Positions 10,116 to 18,363 of a stretch of DNA of 26,041 nucleotides are shown in pieces. Below the pieces are notes generated by a model. It made no database searches. It was not told the origin of the DNA and saw only the letters and a list, made by a program, of their open reading frames with translations. The stretch is from Gemmatimonadota bacterium (lineage in GTDB: Bacteria > Gemmatimonadota > Gemmatimonadetes > Gemmatimonadales > GWC2-71-9). The stretch is taken from positions 1 to 26,041 of the forward strand of contig JAZDCY010000052.1 of NCBI GenBank assembly GCA_036679645.1, in the 5' to 3' direction. How positions within the stretch are numbered: the first letter of the stretch is position 1; each line of letters opens with the position of its first letter. A program made the translations under genes and the position numbers.

Positions 10116-10688
10116 ATGCACGTCCTCGAGATCATTCGCTACGTGGTCCTCGGCTTCTTCGCCGTGAGTGCCGCGGCGGCCGTCGGTTCCTGGGCCGTGA
10201 CCACGCGGCGCATCAACCCGTTTTCGTCGTTCGCCCGGTTCATTAGGAGCACGACCGATCCGCTGCTGGAACCGATCGAACGGTGGCAAGTGCGCCGTGG
10301 CGGGAATCCGCAGTCGGCACCGTGGTACCTCTTGGGCATCTTCACCGTAGGAGGGATTGCCGTTATCGCGGGCTCGGAGTGGATCGCGGTGACCGTAGCG
10401 CGAACCGGCATGGCCGTCCGGTCGGGGCCGGGTGGCGTGTTATCACTCCTGCTGTACTACGCGGCGCAGATCGTGAGCATCGCGGTCATTGCGAGGGTGA
10501 TCGGTCTGTGGGTTGGGATGGGCCGCTACCATCGGTGGATGCGATACGCGTACACGCTCAGCGACTGGATCATGTTGCCGCTCAGCCGGGTCGTCCCATC
10601 AGTCTCCAGGTTCGACATCACGCCGCTCGTGGCATTGCTGCTACTCCAGATCGTCGTGATCGGCGGTATCGTGCCGGCCCTGCGCTAG
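10116..10688 (+). CDS. yggT: YggT family membrane protein, 190 aa
   Basis: Two YggT-like repeats: NPFSSFARFIRSTTDPLLEPI and AYTLSDWIMLPLSRVVP...FDITPLVALLLL. ATG at 10116. Confidence 0.8.
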   Translation: MHVLEIIRYVVLGFFAVSAAAAVGSWAVTTRRINPFSSFARFIRSTTDPLLEPIERWQVRRGGNPQSAPWYLLGIFTVGGIAVIAGSEWIAVTVARTGMAVRSGPGGVLSLLLYYAAQIVSIAVIARVIGLWVGMGRYHRWMRYAYTLSDWIMLPLSRVVPSVSRFDITPLVALLLLQIVVIGGIVPALR

Positions 10689-10695
10689 GGAGCCT

Positions 10696-10722
10696 AGCGG
10701 CGGCCTTACACCGCCGTTCTTC
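10696..10722 (+). terminator. Possible intrinsic terminator hairpin between convergent yggT and HDAC genes
   Basis: AGCGGCGG-ccttaca-CCGCCGTT forms an 8-bp stem with one G-U pair. It is followed only by CTTC, a weak U tract. Confidence 0.3.
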
Positions 10723-10784
10723 GGCGATTCGTGGGTGGTGGCAAGCGACGGCTTCACGCCGTCGATCCAAGCGAGACTCGATCG

Positions 10785-12545
10785 TCACGTGGGTGCGACG
10801 CGGAAACGGTACCGGCTGACGCTCGGCGCCATAGCCGCTTGCTCCACCAACTCCCGTAGCCGGTCGCTGACCGGATAGATCTGTACGGCACCTTCCCACT
10901 GCACTACGTCGCCCGTCGCATCGTCGAGGACGCGCCCCTCCTCCAACGCGCGACTGGCATCCACGAGAGACAGATCCCGCAACGTCGCATGCAGCGCCTC
11001 GAAGCGGGCCCGCGCCTCCGGATCGACGAAACGCATCTGGTGGCGGCTGAGTACCGCCATGTAGTACTGCGCTGGTACGGACGCCACCCCGTCCAACCCG
11101 ATCGTTTCGCAGAGCACCACGAGCCACGCGACAACCTCCCGGAGCAAGCCCAGCCCCGGATGATCCTGCCCGGGGAGCTGCGGGTTCGCTTTTGTGAATA
11201 CGGCGCGAGGATGCTGTAGCAGCAACCACTCCACGTACAGCACCTCCATTGGTGGAATCACTCGCGTGCTCCGATTCAGGCGGACCTCCATGAGCAGCTC
11301 CGTACGCTCGGCATCACCGTAGACGCGGATCGTCTCTCCCAACCCCGACCCGGCCTGAATCCCAACTGTGGGACATTCGTACCCGCGGCGGACGAGTTCC
11401 TCGAGGAATCCGGCGCGTTCGAGCGACAGCTCGATGGCGTGCTTAGAGAAGACCCCCAGGACCCGCCCACTCTTCGTCTGGCCCGGCGCGACGGAGAAGA
11501 GGTCGTCCTCGGTAAGCCCCCAACCATCGTCCTCATCCTGGAACGGTCGTACCGCCCGCGCGCGGAACCTGCGCAACGTCAGTTCCAGCTCGTCGGGAGG
11601 GTCGAGTACCTCGTTCCCGGCAATCCAGGCGATGAATCGTGCCGTGTAGCGCCACGTGCGTCGCCCGTATCCGCCGGCGAGCACGATACCGATTGGCACG
11701 TTGCCCAGTCGTTGCCGGACCGTCTCGATTACGAACCGGTCGCGCGCAAACATCCCCGCTTCGCTGATCTGCCAATCACCCATGCGATCGTCCGCCGCCG
11801 GATCGGTACCGGCCACATAGACCACGAATCCCGGCTCGTGCGAGTTTACGACCGGTGGCAGCGTCTGGCGGATAGCCTCGAGATAGGTCTCGTCGTCTAC
11901 GCCCGTGCCTAGGGCCACGGAAGTCGAGGCCACAGCCGCGAAAGGCTCCCAATCCTGGTTGTGAATGGATAGGGTGTGAACACTCGGATCTCCGGCAAAG
12001 GCGGCGCGCGTGCCGTTTCCGTCATGGAGGTCGAGATCGACAACCAGTATGGGCGCGTCAAAGCCGTAGTGCCGCAGGTGGGCAATCCCCACCGCCACGT
12101 CATTGAGGAGACAGAACGCCATCCCCGCACTTGGCGTCGCGTGATGTAACCCACCCCCCAGGTTCACGACGCACCGACGGGAGCGCCGGGCCATGCGAAG
12201 CGTCTGGATCGTCCCGCCCGCAGCGAGCCGTTGGAGTTCGAGGGCCCGCTGCCGCTGGGCGTCGGTCACCTGAACCCCAAAGACGTGCGTCGCGGTCTCG
12301 ACGCGGTCCAGCGTCTCCAGGTACTCGGCCGAGTGCACCCGCAGGAGCGCTTCCATAGATGCTGGCTGCGGCCGCGCCATGTCCCGTGGCGCAAGCAGTC
12401 CCTCGTCGTCGAGGAACGCCAGGATGCGTTCTCCCCTGTTGGCATCCAATGGGACACCCGGGAGTGCCTGCGCGTACTCCGGGTGATACACGACTGGTAC
12501 GCGCGAACGGGTCAGACGCCGGACGAGACGGCGGAGCGAGCGCAT
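10785..12545 (-). CDS. Histone deacetylase family (AcuC/AphA-like) protein with an additional C-terminal domain of about 240 aa, 586 aa
   Basis: LLRVHSAEYL, NLGGGLHHA, AFCLLND, DLDLHDGNGT, TLSIH, AGTDPAADDRMG and LAGGY are the Zn-dependent HDAC motifs. Start placed at ATG 12545, just before VPVVYHP, because the longer ORF overlaps the divergent gene. Confidence 0.85.
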   Translation of the reverse strand: MRSLRRLVRRLTRSRVPVVYHPEYAQALPGVPLDANRGERILAFLDDEGLLAPRDMARPQPASMEALLRVHSAEYLETLDRVETATHVFGVQVTDAQRQRALELQRLAAGGTIQTLRMARRSRRCVVNLGGGLHHATPSAGMAFCLLNDVAVGIAHLRHYGFDAPILVVDLDLHDGNGTRAAFAGDPSVHTLSIHNQDWEPFAAVASTSVALGTGVDDETYLEAIRQTLPPVVNSHEPGFVVYVAGTDPAADDRMGDWQISEAGMFARDRFVIETVRQRLGNVPIGIVLAGGYGRRTWRYTARFIAWIAGNEVLDPPDELELTLRRFRARAVRPFQDEDDGWGLTEDDLFSVAPGQTKSGRVLGVFSKHAIELSLERAGFLEELVRRGYECPTVGIQAGSGLGETIRVYGDAERTELLMEVRLNRSTRVIPPMEVLYVEWLLLQHPRAVFTKANPQLPGQDHPGLGLLREVVAWLVVLCETIGLDGVASVPAQYYMAVLSRHQMRFVDPEARARFEALHATLRDLSLVDASRALEEGRVLDDATGDVVQWEGAVQIYPVSDRLRELVEQAAMAPSVSRYRFRVAPT

Positions 12546-12669
12546 GGGAAGAAGATAAGACGCGGCCCAGATTGGAGGGTGGCAGCGTACTGTGGTGAGA
12601 GGTATATCGGAACGGGCCCCGGCGATCCGGGTACTGTCGGACCGACACATAACGACTCCGGAGATTGTG

Positions 12670-14079
12670 ATGCAACGAGCCACCGTCCTACTGCTCACCA
12701 TGACCGCTGCCAGCGCAGGCTTCGGGCTACCGTCCGCTACGGTACACGCACAGGTCACGGCTTTCACCCACGTCAACGTGATTCCCATGGATCGCGAACG
12801 GGTGCTGGAGGATCAGACCGTGATCGTGCAAGACGGGCTGGTCGTCGCGATGGGCCCAACGGACCTAACCCCGGTCCCCGACGGCGCGGCACGCATCGAC
12901 GGGCGCGGCAAGTACCTCATTCCCGGACTCGCCGAGATGCACGCGCATATTCCACCGCCCGAGTCTGCGCGGCTGGGCCTTACCGGCGCAGCGGGCCGTC
13001 AGTGGGTCGAGGACGCGCTGTTGCTCTACGCTGCCAACGGGATCACCACGATCCGTGGCATGTTGGGTGACCCGTCGCACCTCATGTTACGTGAGCAGGT
13101 TGAGGCCGGTAGCCCCATAGGGCCACACATCTGGTCTTCGGGTCCTTCTGTGAACGGGAGAAGCGTGGAGACTCCCGACTCGGCGTCGCGCACGCCCGCG
13201 TTCCAGCAGCAGGCGGGATACGACTTCATCAAGATCCATCCGGGCCTCTCGCTCGAGGCTTTTGACGCGCTGGACGTGGCCGCCGATGAGATCGGGTTTA
13301 CCTTCTCGGGCCACGTCCCGGCCGCGGTGGGCATCGAGCGGGCCATCGAGGCACAATATGCATCGGTCGATCATCTCGATCGATATATGGAATGGCTGGC
13401 AGGCGACCCGAACGCGGACGCTCAGACCTCGGGCTTCTTTGGGTCCAGTCTCATCGATCGGGTCGACACGTCACGCATTGCTGAGATCGTGCGCCGAACG
13501 CGGGAGGCCGGCGTGTGGAATACGCCGACGCAGACCCTGATGGAGAGTTGGGCTTCGCCGCTTTCGGCGGAAGAGATGGCGCAACGTCATCCGGAGATCC
13601 AGTACGTTCCCCAGGGCATGCGTCAGCAGTGGATGGACTGGAAACGCCAGTCGTCGTCGGGGGAGCCTTCACAGGCACAGCGCAACCGGTTCATCGAGGT
13701 GCGTCGCGCGCTGCTGCGCGCGTTGCAAGCGGAAGGCGCCGGCATTCTCCTTGGTTCCGATGCGCCGCAAGTGTGGAACGTGCCGGGCTTCTCGGCGCAC
13801 CGCGAACTCGCAAGCTACGTTGCCGCCGGTCTCACGCCGTTTCAGGCGCTCCAGACGGGCACCGTCAATGTGGCGCGCTTCTTCGACGTGGAAAGCGACG
13901 CCGGCACAGTGGCGGTGGGCAAGCAGGCCGACTTCGTCCTGCTCGACGGCAACCCGCTCGAGGATATCGAGAACACGATGCGTCAGAGCGGCGTCATGCT
14001 ACGCGGTGTGTGGATGCCCCGCACCGAGATCGAGGAGCGTCTGCTCGAGATCGCGGCGCGTTACCGCGAGGGCGCGTGA
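12670..14079 (+). CDS. Secreted amidohydrolase family protein (Amidohydro_1), 469 aa
   Basis: GGAG 6 nt before ATG 12670 and a signal peptide ending VHA-Q. Motifs IDGRGKYLIPGLAEMHAH, ANGITTIR, GYDFIKIH, SGHVP, VDHLD, LLGSDAP and GKQADFVLLDGNPLEDI. Confidence 0.85.
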   Translation: MQRATVLLLTMTAASAGFGLPSATVHAQVTAFTHVNVIPMDRERVLEDQTVIVQDGLVVAMGPTDLTPVPDGAARIDGRGKYLIPGLAEMHAHIPPPESARLGLTGAAGRQWVEDALLLYAANGITTIRGMLGDPSHLMLREQVEAGSPIGPHIWSSGPSVNGRSVETPDSASRTPAFQQQAGYDFIKIHPGLSLEAFDALDVAADEIGFTFSGHVPAAVGIERAIEAQYASVDHLDRYMEWLAGDPNADAQTSGFFGSSLIDRVDTSRIAEIVRRTREAGVWNTPTQTLMESWASPLSAEEMAQRHPEIQYVPQGMRQQWMDWKRQSSSGEPSQAQRNRFIEVRRALLRALQAEGAGILLGSDAPQVWNVPGFSAHRELASYVAAGLTPFQALQTGTVNVARFFDVESDAGTVAVGKQADFVLLDGNPLEDIENTMRQSGVMLRGVWMPRTEIEERLLEIAARYREGA

Positions 14080-14091
14080 ACGTGCGAGCGT

Positions 14092-14114
14092 TGCACTCTG
14101 CATTCTGCATTCTG
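14092..14114 (+). repeat. Short heptamer tandem repeat (TGCAYTC)x3
   Basis: tgcactc-tgcattc-tgcattc-tg in the 46-bp gap before the DUF167 gene. Confidence 0.7.
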
Positions 14115-14125
14115 ACGGTTGAGCG

Positions 14126-14413
14126 ATGAACCCCACGGTGTCAGCTCTTTTGCGCATCCACGTTCAACCACGCGCGTCGCGAACGGAGGTTGTCGGGTGG
14201 CATGGTGACGCAATCAAGATCCGCGTGAAGGCACCACCGGTGGATGGCGCCGCCAACACGGAGTTGATCCAGTTTCTTGCAAAAAGGTTGGGCGTTCAGC
14301 GCCGGGACGTCACCATCCGCTCGGGAACGACCTCCCGCACCAAGCGCATCGCGATTGCCGGGCACACGGCGTCCGAGGTTACCGCCACGCTCCTCGGCGA
14401 GGGGCAAGATTAG
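14126..14413 (+). CDS. yggU: DUF167 / UPF0235 (YggU) family protein
   Basis: IHVQPRASRTEVVG...IKIRVKAPPVDGAANTELIQFLAKRLGV...GTTSRTK is the family signature. Confidence 0.9.
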   Translation: MNPTVSALLRIHVQPRASRTEVVGWHGDAIKIRVKAPPVDGAANTELIQFLAKRLGVQRRDVTIRSGTTSRTKRIAIAGHTASEVTATLLGEGQD

Positions 14414-14429
14414 CCGCGCTACAACGCCA

Positions 14430-15917
14430 TCAAGGCACCCACCCCGTCCGCTGCGCGTTTCTGCGCCACATGGGCCAGGGGGAGGTCGCATCCGGCGGAT
14501 GACTTCCGAAGATCGCGTACACGCGCCGCTCGCTGGTCGTGTAGACCGTCCCATCGGGCGCGATGGCGGGCGACCCCGCAAACCACGGCTCTTCCGTGGC
14601 GTCCGTATGCACCTCCCAGAGCTGGTTGCCGTTGAGGTCGAACGCGTAGAACCCGGTCAGCGCCGCAGCGTACACAACCCCACCCTCGGCGAGCGCAGGT
14701 CCGCCGTACCAGTTCCACCAACGCGGATTGCCCTGCGGCCGGTCCCAGAGCTTGCTCCCCGAGGGGTCGCGCATCACGAGCCCGCCGCCCAATTCCACGC
14801 TGCCCTGGGTTTGATTGATGAGGCGCCCGTCGGCGAGGACCACGGGCTCACTCACCCCCGTTCCCGCGTTGGGCGTCTGCCACAGCTTCACACCGCTGGT
14901 GTCGTAGGCCACGAGTGAGAAGCGCCCGGGCAGGTACAACCTGCCGTGGGCCACCACGGGGCCCTTCCCGAAAGTCACCACCTCCACACCGGCATCCGGT
15001 TCCGGCTGCGTCCAGAGCACCGCACCGGTCCGTTTGTCGAATGCATACAGACTGTCACTCGTGACCTTGGCATAGACCCGTTCGGGCGTCACGGTCGGTG
15101 GCTGGAGCCAGGTCGCCCGGGCAGCGCGGGGGCTGCGCCACTGCTCCGCGAGCGCCGCGTCAAAGGCAAGCAGGTGGAACCCGGCTGCGGCAAACAGCCA
15201 GCCGTCGGGATCGACGGCCCCAGAGAGGAACACGCCGAAGGGCGCCTCCGTCTCTACACTGCGCTCGACCGCGCAGTCATGGCCGAGGTGATACACCGTT
15301 TGGCCCACCACCCAGGCACCGCTGCCACCCGGCGGGACGATCACGTAGTCGTCGTCCAGGCCGTCCAGCTCGCGCTGACATAGGATCTCACCCAGGGTCG
15401 AGAGCCGGTATACGATACCCACCTCCTGCGACACGGGTACATCGATGTCGGTGACCCGCGACAGCACCCAGACGCTGCCGTCCTGCGCCAGGGCCGGTCC
15501 CCCGACGGTAAACAGCTGGTGCCCGAACAGCTCTACGCTCCACCGGACCTCGCCCTCGCGCGCCACCCGCATCGTGAGCGTGTCGGCGGCGCCGCTCGCG
15601 ACCTCGCGGACGAACACGATAAAGGTGCCTGGCTGATCCTGAAACATGAGCAACCCCGTGGAGTCGATCTGCGCCCGAGCGGGGGGCAGCGCCCCCCACT
15701 CGAGGTCGGGGTTCGGCACTTCGATCCTGGTGGAATCGCGAGCGACGACCGTGAGCTGCATCGTCCATCCCGGCAGTCCTGCCAGCTCCGGAGCAGATAG
15801 TTCGACCGTAGCGACGACGGGTCCCGGTTCCGTCGCGTCGTTACAACTCGCTGCGACGTAAGGCACCGCGACCAGCACCACCACGGCTCTCGTGACCGGA
15901 CCTATCGCTCTTGTCAC
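14430..15917 (-). CDS. Lipoprotein with Ig-like (Big_2-like) domain and PQQ-binding-like beta-propeller, about 495 aa
   Basis: Lipobox VAAS-C. Ig-like segment TMQLTVVARDSTR...LEW...AQIDSTGL. Repeated Trp-docking motifs (LYAFDKRTGAVLW, YDTSGVKLW, FDLNGNQLW, GSPAIAPDGTVY) and a C-terminal SPWPMWRRNAQRTG. GTG 15917 overlaps the upstream TGA (GTGA). Confidence 0.78.
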   Translation of the reverse strand: MTRAIGPVTRAVVVLVAVPYVAASCNDATEPGPVVATVELSAPELAGLPGWTMQLTVVARDSTRIEVPNPDLEWGALPPARAQIDSTGLLMFQDQPGTFIVFVREVASGAADTLTMRVAREGEVRWSVELFGHQLFTVGGPALAQDGSVWVLSRVTDIDVPVSQEVGIVYRLSTLGEILCQRELDGLDDDYVIVPPGGSGAWVVGQTVYHLGHDCAVERSVETEAPFGVFLSGAVDPDGWLFAAAGFHLLAFDAALAEQWRSPRAARATWLQPPTVTPERVYAKVTSDSLYAFDKRTGAVLWTQPEPDAGVEVVTFGKGPVVAHGRLYLPGRFSLVAYDTSGVKLWQTPNAGTGVSEPVVLADGRLINQTQGSVELGGGLVMRDPSGSKLWDRPQGNPRWWNWYGGPALAEGGVVYAAALTGFYAFDLNGNQLWEVHTDATEEPWFAGSPAIAPDGTVYTTSERRVYAIFGSHPPDATSPWPMWRRNAQRTGWVP

Positions 15918-16792
15918 CGAGGGAGCAGTGGTTGATCGCACCGCGTGAACCCGGTGTTCGTTTCCCAGAGCCGACGGAAAAACCGCTGGCGTTCCCGCTG
16001 GTCCTGTGGCACCCTGACACAGCGATCCCGCTCATCCAGCAGGGCGAGCCGCTGCATCAATCCCAACTGGCCGCTGGACGTGTCGTTCGGCTGTGCGGCC
16101 ACCAGGAGCCCAGGTCCGCCCGGGCCCCCTTCGTCCACGACGACTACGATGAACATGTCGGCGGAGTCCGCATTATAGTGGCCGGCGGTCGGGGGGTAGT
16201 CGTCCAACGTGACGATGAGGCGGAACGCCCACAGCGACGACTTGACCTTCACCCACTTAGTCAGGATTTGACTGTTCACTCCGAGATCAAATACCGACCC
16301 GGTGGGAATAATGCGCTGGTAGAACCAGCGGAATCCGTATGCGGGGATCCCTCCCGATGGATTGGAGTTCCACTGGTAGCTCCCGGTCCGCTCGATCCCG
16401 TCGGGGCCCGTGATGAGCGCCCGCAACTCCGGGGGCACGTAGACATCAAGTAGCCCGGCGAAGGGACTATTGGGGACCGCGATGTCGAGCTGCGGCAGTT
16501 CCGGCGACGGATCGGCCGTATGCCGCAGCCAGAACCTGCGCGTCGTGTCCGTCGGCGAGTCGTGTAGATACGCTGCCGTCGCGGTGTTCGGAGACTCACG
16601 AACCCAGGAAGCGGTCTCTGCCGTGGGACCCTCCCAGATCTCCGTGTGATACTGACCGCTCCTCGGATGCTGGTTGTTCCAGAAGAGTCGAACCTGCGGC
16701 AGCTCGCCGATGGCCGCGTACCCCGAATCCCACGCGTACCCACTCAGCCCCGTAGGCTTGGAGATTCTGGCCCAGACCTGGCCGGCGATCAA
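15914..16792 (-). CDS. Hypothetical protein with FN3-like beta-sandwich; probably the 3' part of the upstream lipoprotein gene
   Basis: 292-codon ORF that fills the gap exactly. KPTGLSGYAW...QVRLFWNN...YHTEIW...RRFWLRH resembles fibronectin type III. It has a TTG start, no SD and no signal peptide. Confidence 0.55.
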   Translation of the reverse strand: MIAGQVWARISKPTGLSGYAWDSGYAAIGELPQVRLFWNNQHPRSGQYHTEIWEGPTAETASWVRESPNTATAAYLHDSPTDTTRRFWLRHTADPSPELPQLDIAVPNSPFAGLLDVYVPPELRALITGPDGIERTGSYQWNSNPSGGIPAYGFRWFYQRIIPTGSVFDLGVNSQILTKWVKVKSSLWAFRLIVTLDDYPPTAGHYNADSADMFIVVVVDEGGPGGPGLLVAAQPNDTSSGQLGLMQRLALLDERDRCVRVPQDQRERQRFFRRLWETNTGFTRCDQPLLPR

Positions 16793-17331
16793 CGTGTTGG
16801 GGTCGTCTCGAACGTCTGTGGCGGCGTGCCGTCGCGGATCGACGCCGCGAAGTTGTCAACCACCCCGTAGTCGACTTCGCCGCCCCCACTGAACCCGATC
16901 GAACCGCCGGGCGTGAAGGTGAGGAGCGCCGAATCCAGCCGGACGATTTGACCGTCGTGTCGGCGCAGCCTCCCGCGGAACCACCCGTACCCGCCGTACC
17001 TGGTCACCACGTTCAAACCGATGATCGAATGCCAGGTGTTTCCTGGCAGATCACCGCAGCCGTCGGGTTGTGGATCCTCCCCGTTGTCGAGGAACACGAT
17101 CTCCGCGCTGCCACCAAGGTACTGACTCGATTGCGCCGTGTTCAAGTTCCAGGCGTCTCCCTGGTCACAACCGGTGCCGGCAGCGGCGGAGAAGTTCACA
17201 ATCGGCGGTGTAAGCACTTCGCCAGGAGCCAGGATCTCATTGTGTTCGCTACATCCGAGCCATGTAGCAACGGCGGCGGTGACGACGGCGTGCCCCAGCC
17301 GACCAGGCGTGCCATGCATAGACATCCGCAT
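16789..17331 (-). CDS. Hypothetical lipoprotein, 180 aa (possibly N-terminal part of a frameshifted gene)
   Basis: Strong SD GAGGAGGT before ATG 17331. Signal peptide RLGHAVVTAAVATWLG-C with a lipobox-like Cys. Confidence 0.6.
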   Translation of the reverse strand: MRMSMHGTPGRLGHAVVTAAVATWLGCSEHNEILAPGEVLTPPIVNFSAAAGTGCDQGDAWNLNTAQSSQYLGGSAEIVFLDNGEDPQPDGCGDLPGNTWHSIIGLNVVTRYGGYGWFRGRLRRHDGQIVRLDSALLTFTPGGSIGFSGGGEVDYGVVDNFAASIRDGTPPQTFETTPTR

Positions 17332-17633
17332 CTGCACCTCCTCATGGCACTGTAGCTCCCGCGGTCTCTGGCGAAACTGCGGGCTTCCCGTGAGCGGCGC
17401 GCGGCCGGCATCGCAGTGCCTTCCGACCCCGGCGCCTATCACATCCGCCGTTCGTGCAGAGCGACGAAGACTACAGGGTGCGGCCTAAACTCACTCTGAA
17501 GTCTGCGTGAGAAGGTTATGAAACGGAGATGAAGTCTCACCGGCGTTCGAGTAACAGCCGGACCTGACATCAAGCGCGGTTGCACCGCAAGCGAGATTAC
17601 CAATGACCTCAAACCACCGCCGGAGTTGAGTGA

Positions 17634-18143
17634 GTGAGGGTTGCGAGCGTGAAAGCCGTGGCGCGTGCGCTGAATGATGCCGGCGTCCCATACATCGTCG
17701 TTGGGGGACTCGCCGTGAATGCGCACGGCTACGGGCGGCTAACGGAGGACCTGGGCCTGGTCCTCAAGCTCGCGCCTGAGCACGTGCGGGCGGCGTTCGG
17801 GGCGCTGCAGTCGCTTGGTTATGAACCGCGGCTGCCCGTCACCGCCAAGGGATTCAGTGATCCAGCGATGCGGGCCCGATGGATCGCGGAAAAGGGAATG
17901 ATGGTCCTCAACTTCTACAGTGATCGGCACCGTGAGACCCCGGTTGACGTGTTCGCCGCCGAGCCATTCGACTTCGACGAGGAGTACCGGCAGGCACTGG
18001 TGGAGGAGGTGGCCACGGGCGTCCCCATACGCGTCGTTCGGCTGCGGACCTTGCTCCGACTCAAGCGAGAGGCGGGCCGACCGCAGGACCTAGCGGATGT
18101 GGCGGAGCTGCGGCTGCTTCATGGGGACGCCAGCGATGGATGA
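17634..18143 (+). CDS. Nucleotidyltransferase-fold protein (DUF6036/AbiEii-like)
   Basis: YIVVGGLAVNAHGYGRLTEDL, VDVF and C-terminal LLRLKREAGRPQDLADV motifs. GGAG lies upstream of the GTG start. Confidence 0.8.
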   Translation: MRVASVKAVARALNDAGVPYIVVGGLAVNAHGYGRLTEDLGLVLKLAPEHVRAAFGALQSLGYEPRLPVTAKGFSDPAMRARWIAEKGMMVLNFYSDRHRETPVDVFAAEPFDFDEEYRQALVEEVATGVPIRVVRLRTLLRLKREAGRPQDLADVAELRLLHGDASDG

Positions 18144-18333
18144 TCGGGCCGACTGGAGCAGCGCGACATGGGAGGGGAACCGCCGTCGACAGCATCAGGA
18201 CTTCCTGGCGCTTCCCTTCCGTGAGAAGCTCGAGCGGATCGAGCGACTGGGCGAGGTCGCCGCGCTGTTTGCCGAGCGGCGGCGGTCACGCGGGTTGCGT
18301 GTCCGGGAGCGGCCCGAGGACGGACTGAGATAA
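18136..18333 (+). CDS. Small hypothetical partner protein, 65 aa
   Basis: ATG 18136 overlaps the NTase end by 8 nt. The sequence (WSSATWEGNRRRQHQDFLALPFREKLERIERL) is charged and probably helical, resembling small ORFs that accompany this NTase class. Confidence 0.65.
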   Translation: MDDRADWSSATWEGNRRRQHQDFLALPFREKLERIERLGEVAALFAERRRSRGLRVRERPEDGLR

Positions 18334-18363
18334 TCGTGTTACCAGATGGTCAGGCGACGCCGG

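Noticed and set aside
17455..17500. GACGAAGACTACAGGG...CGGCCTAAAC resembling part of a c-di-GMP-I riboswitch
   Set aside because: There is no GGCAAA / GAAA-tetraloop P2 stem upstream, and the spacing does not fit.
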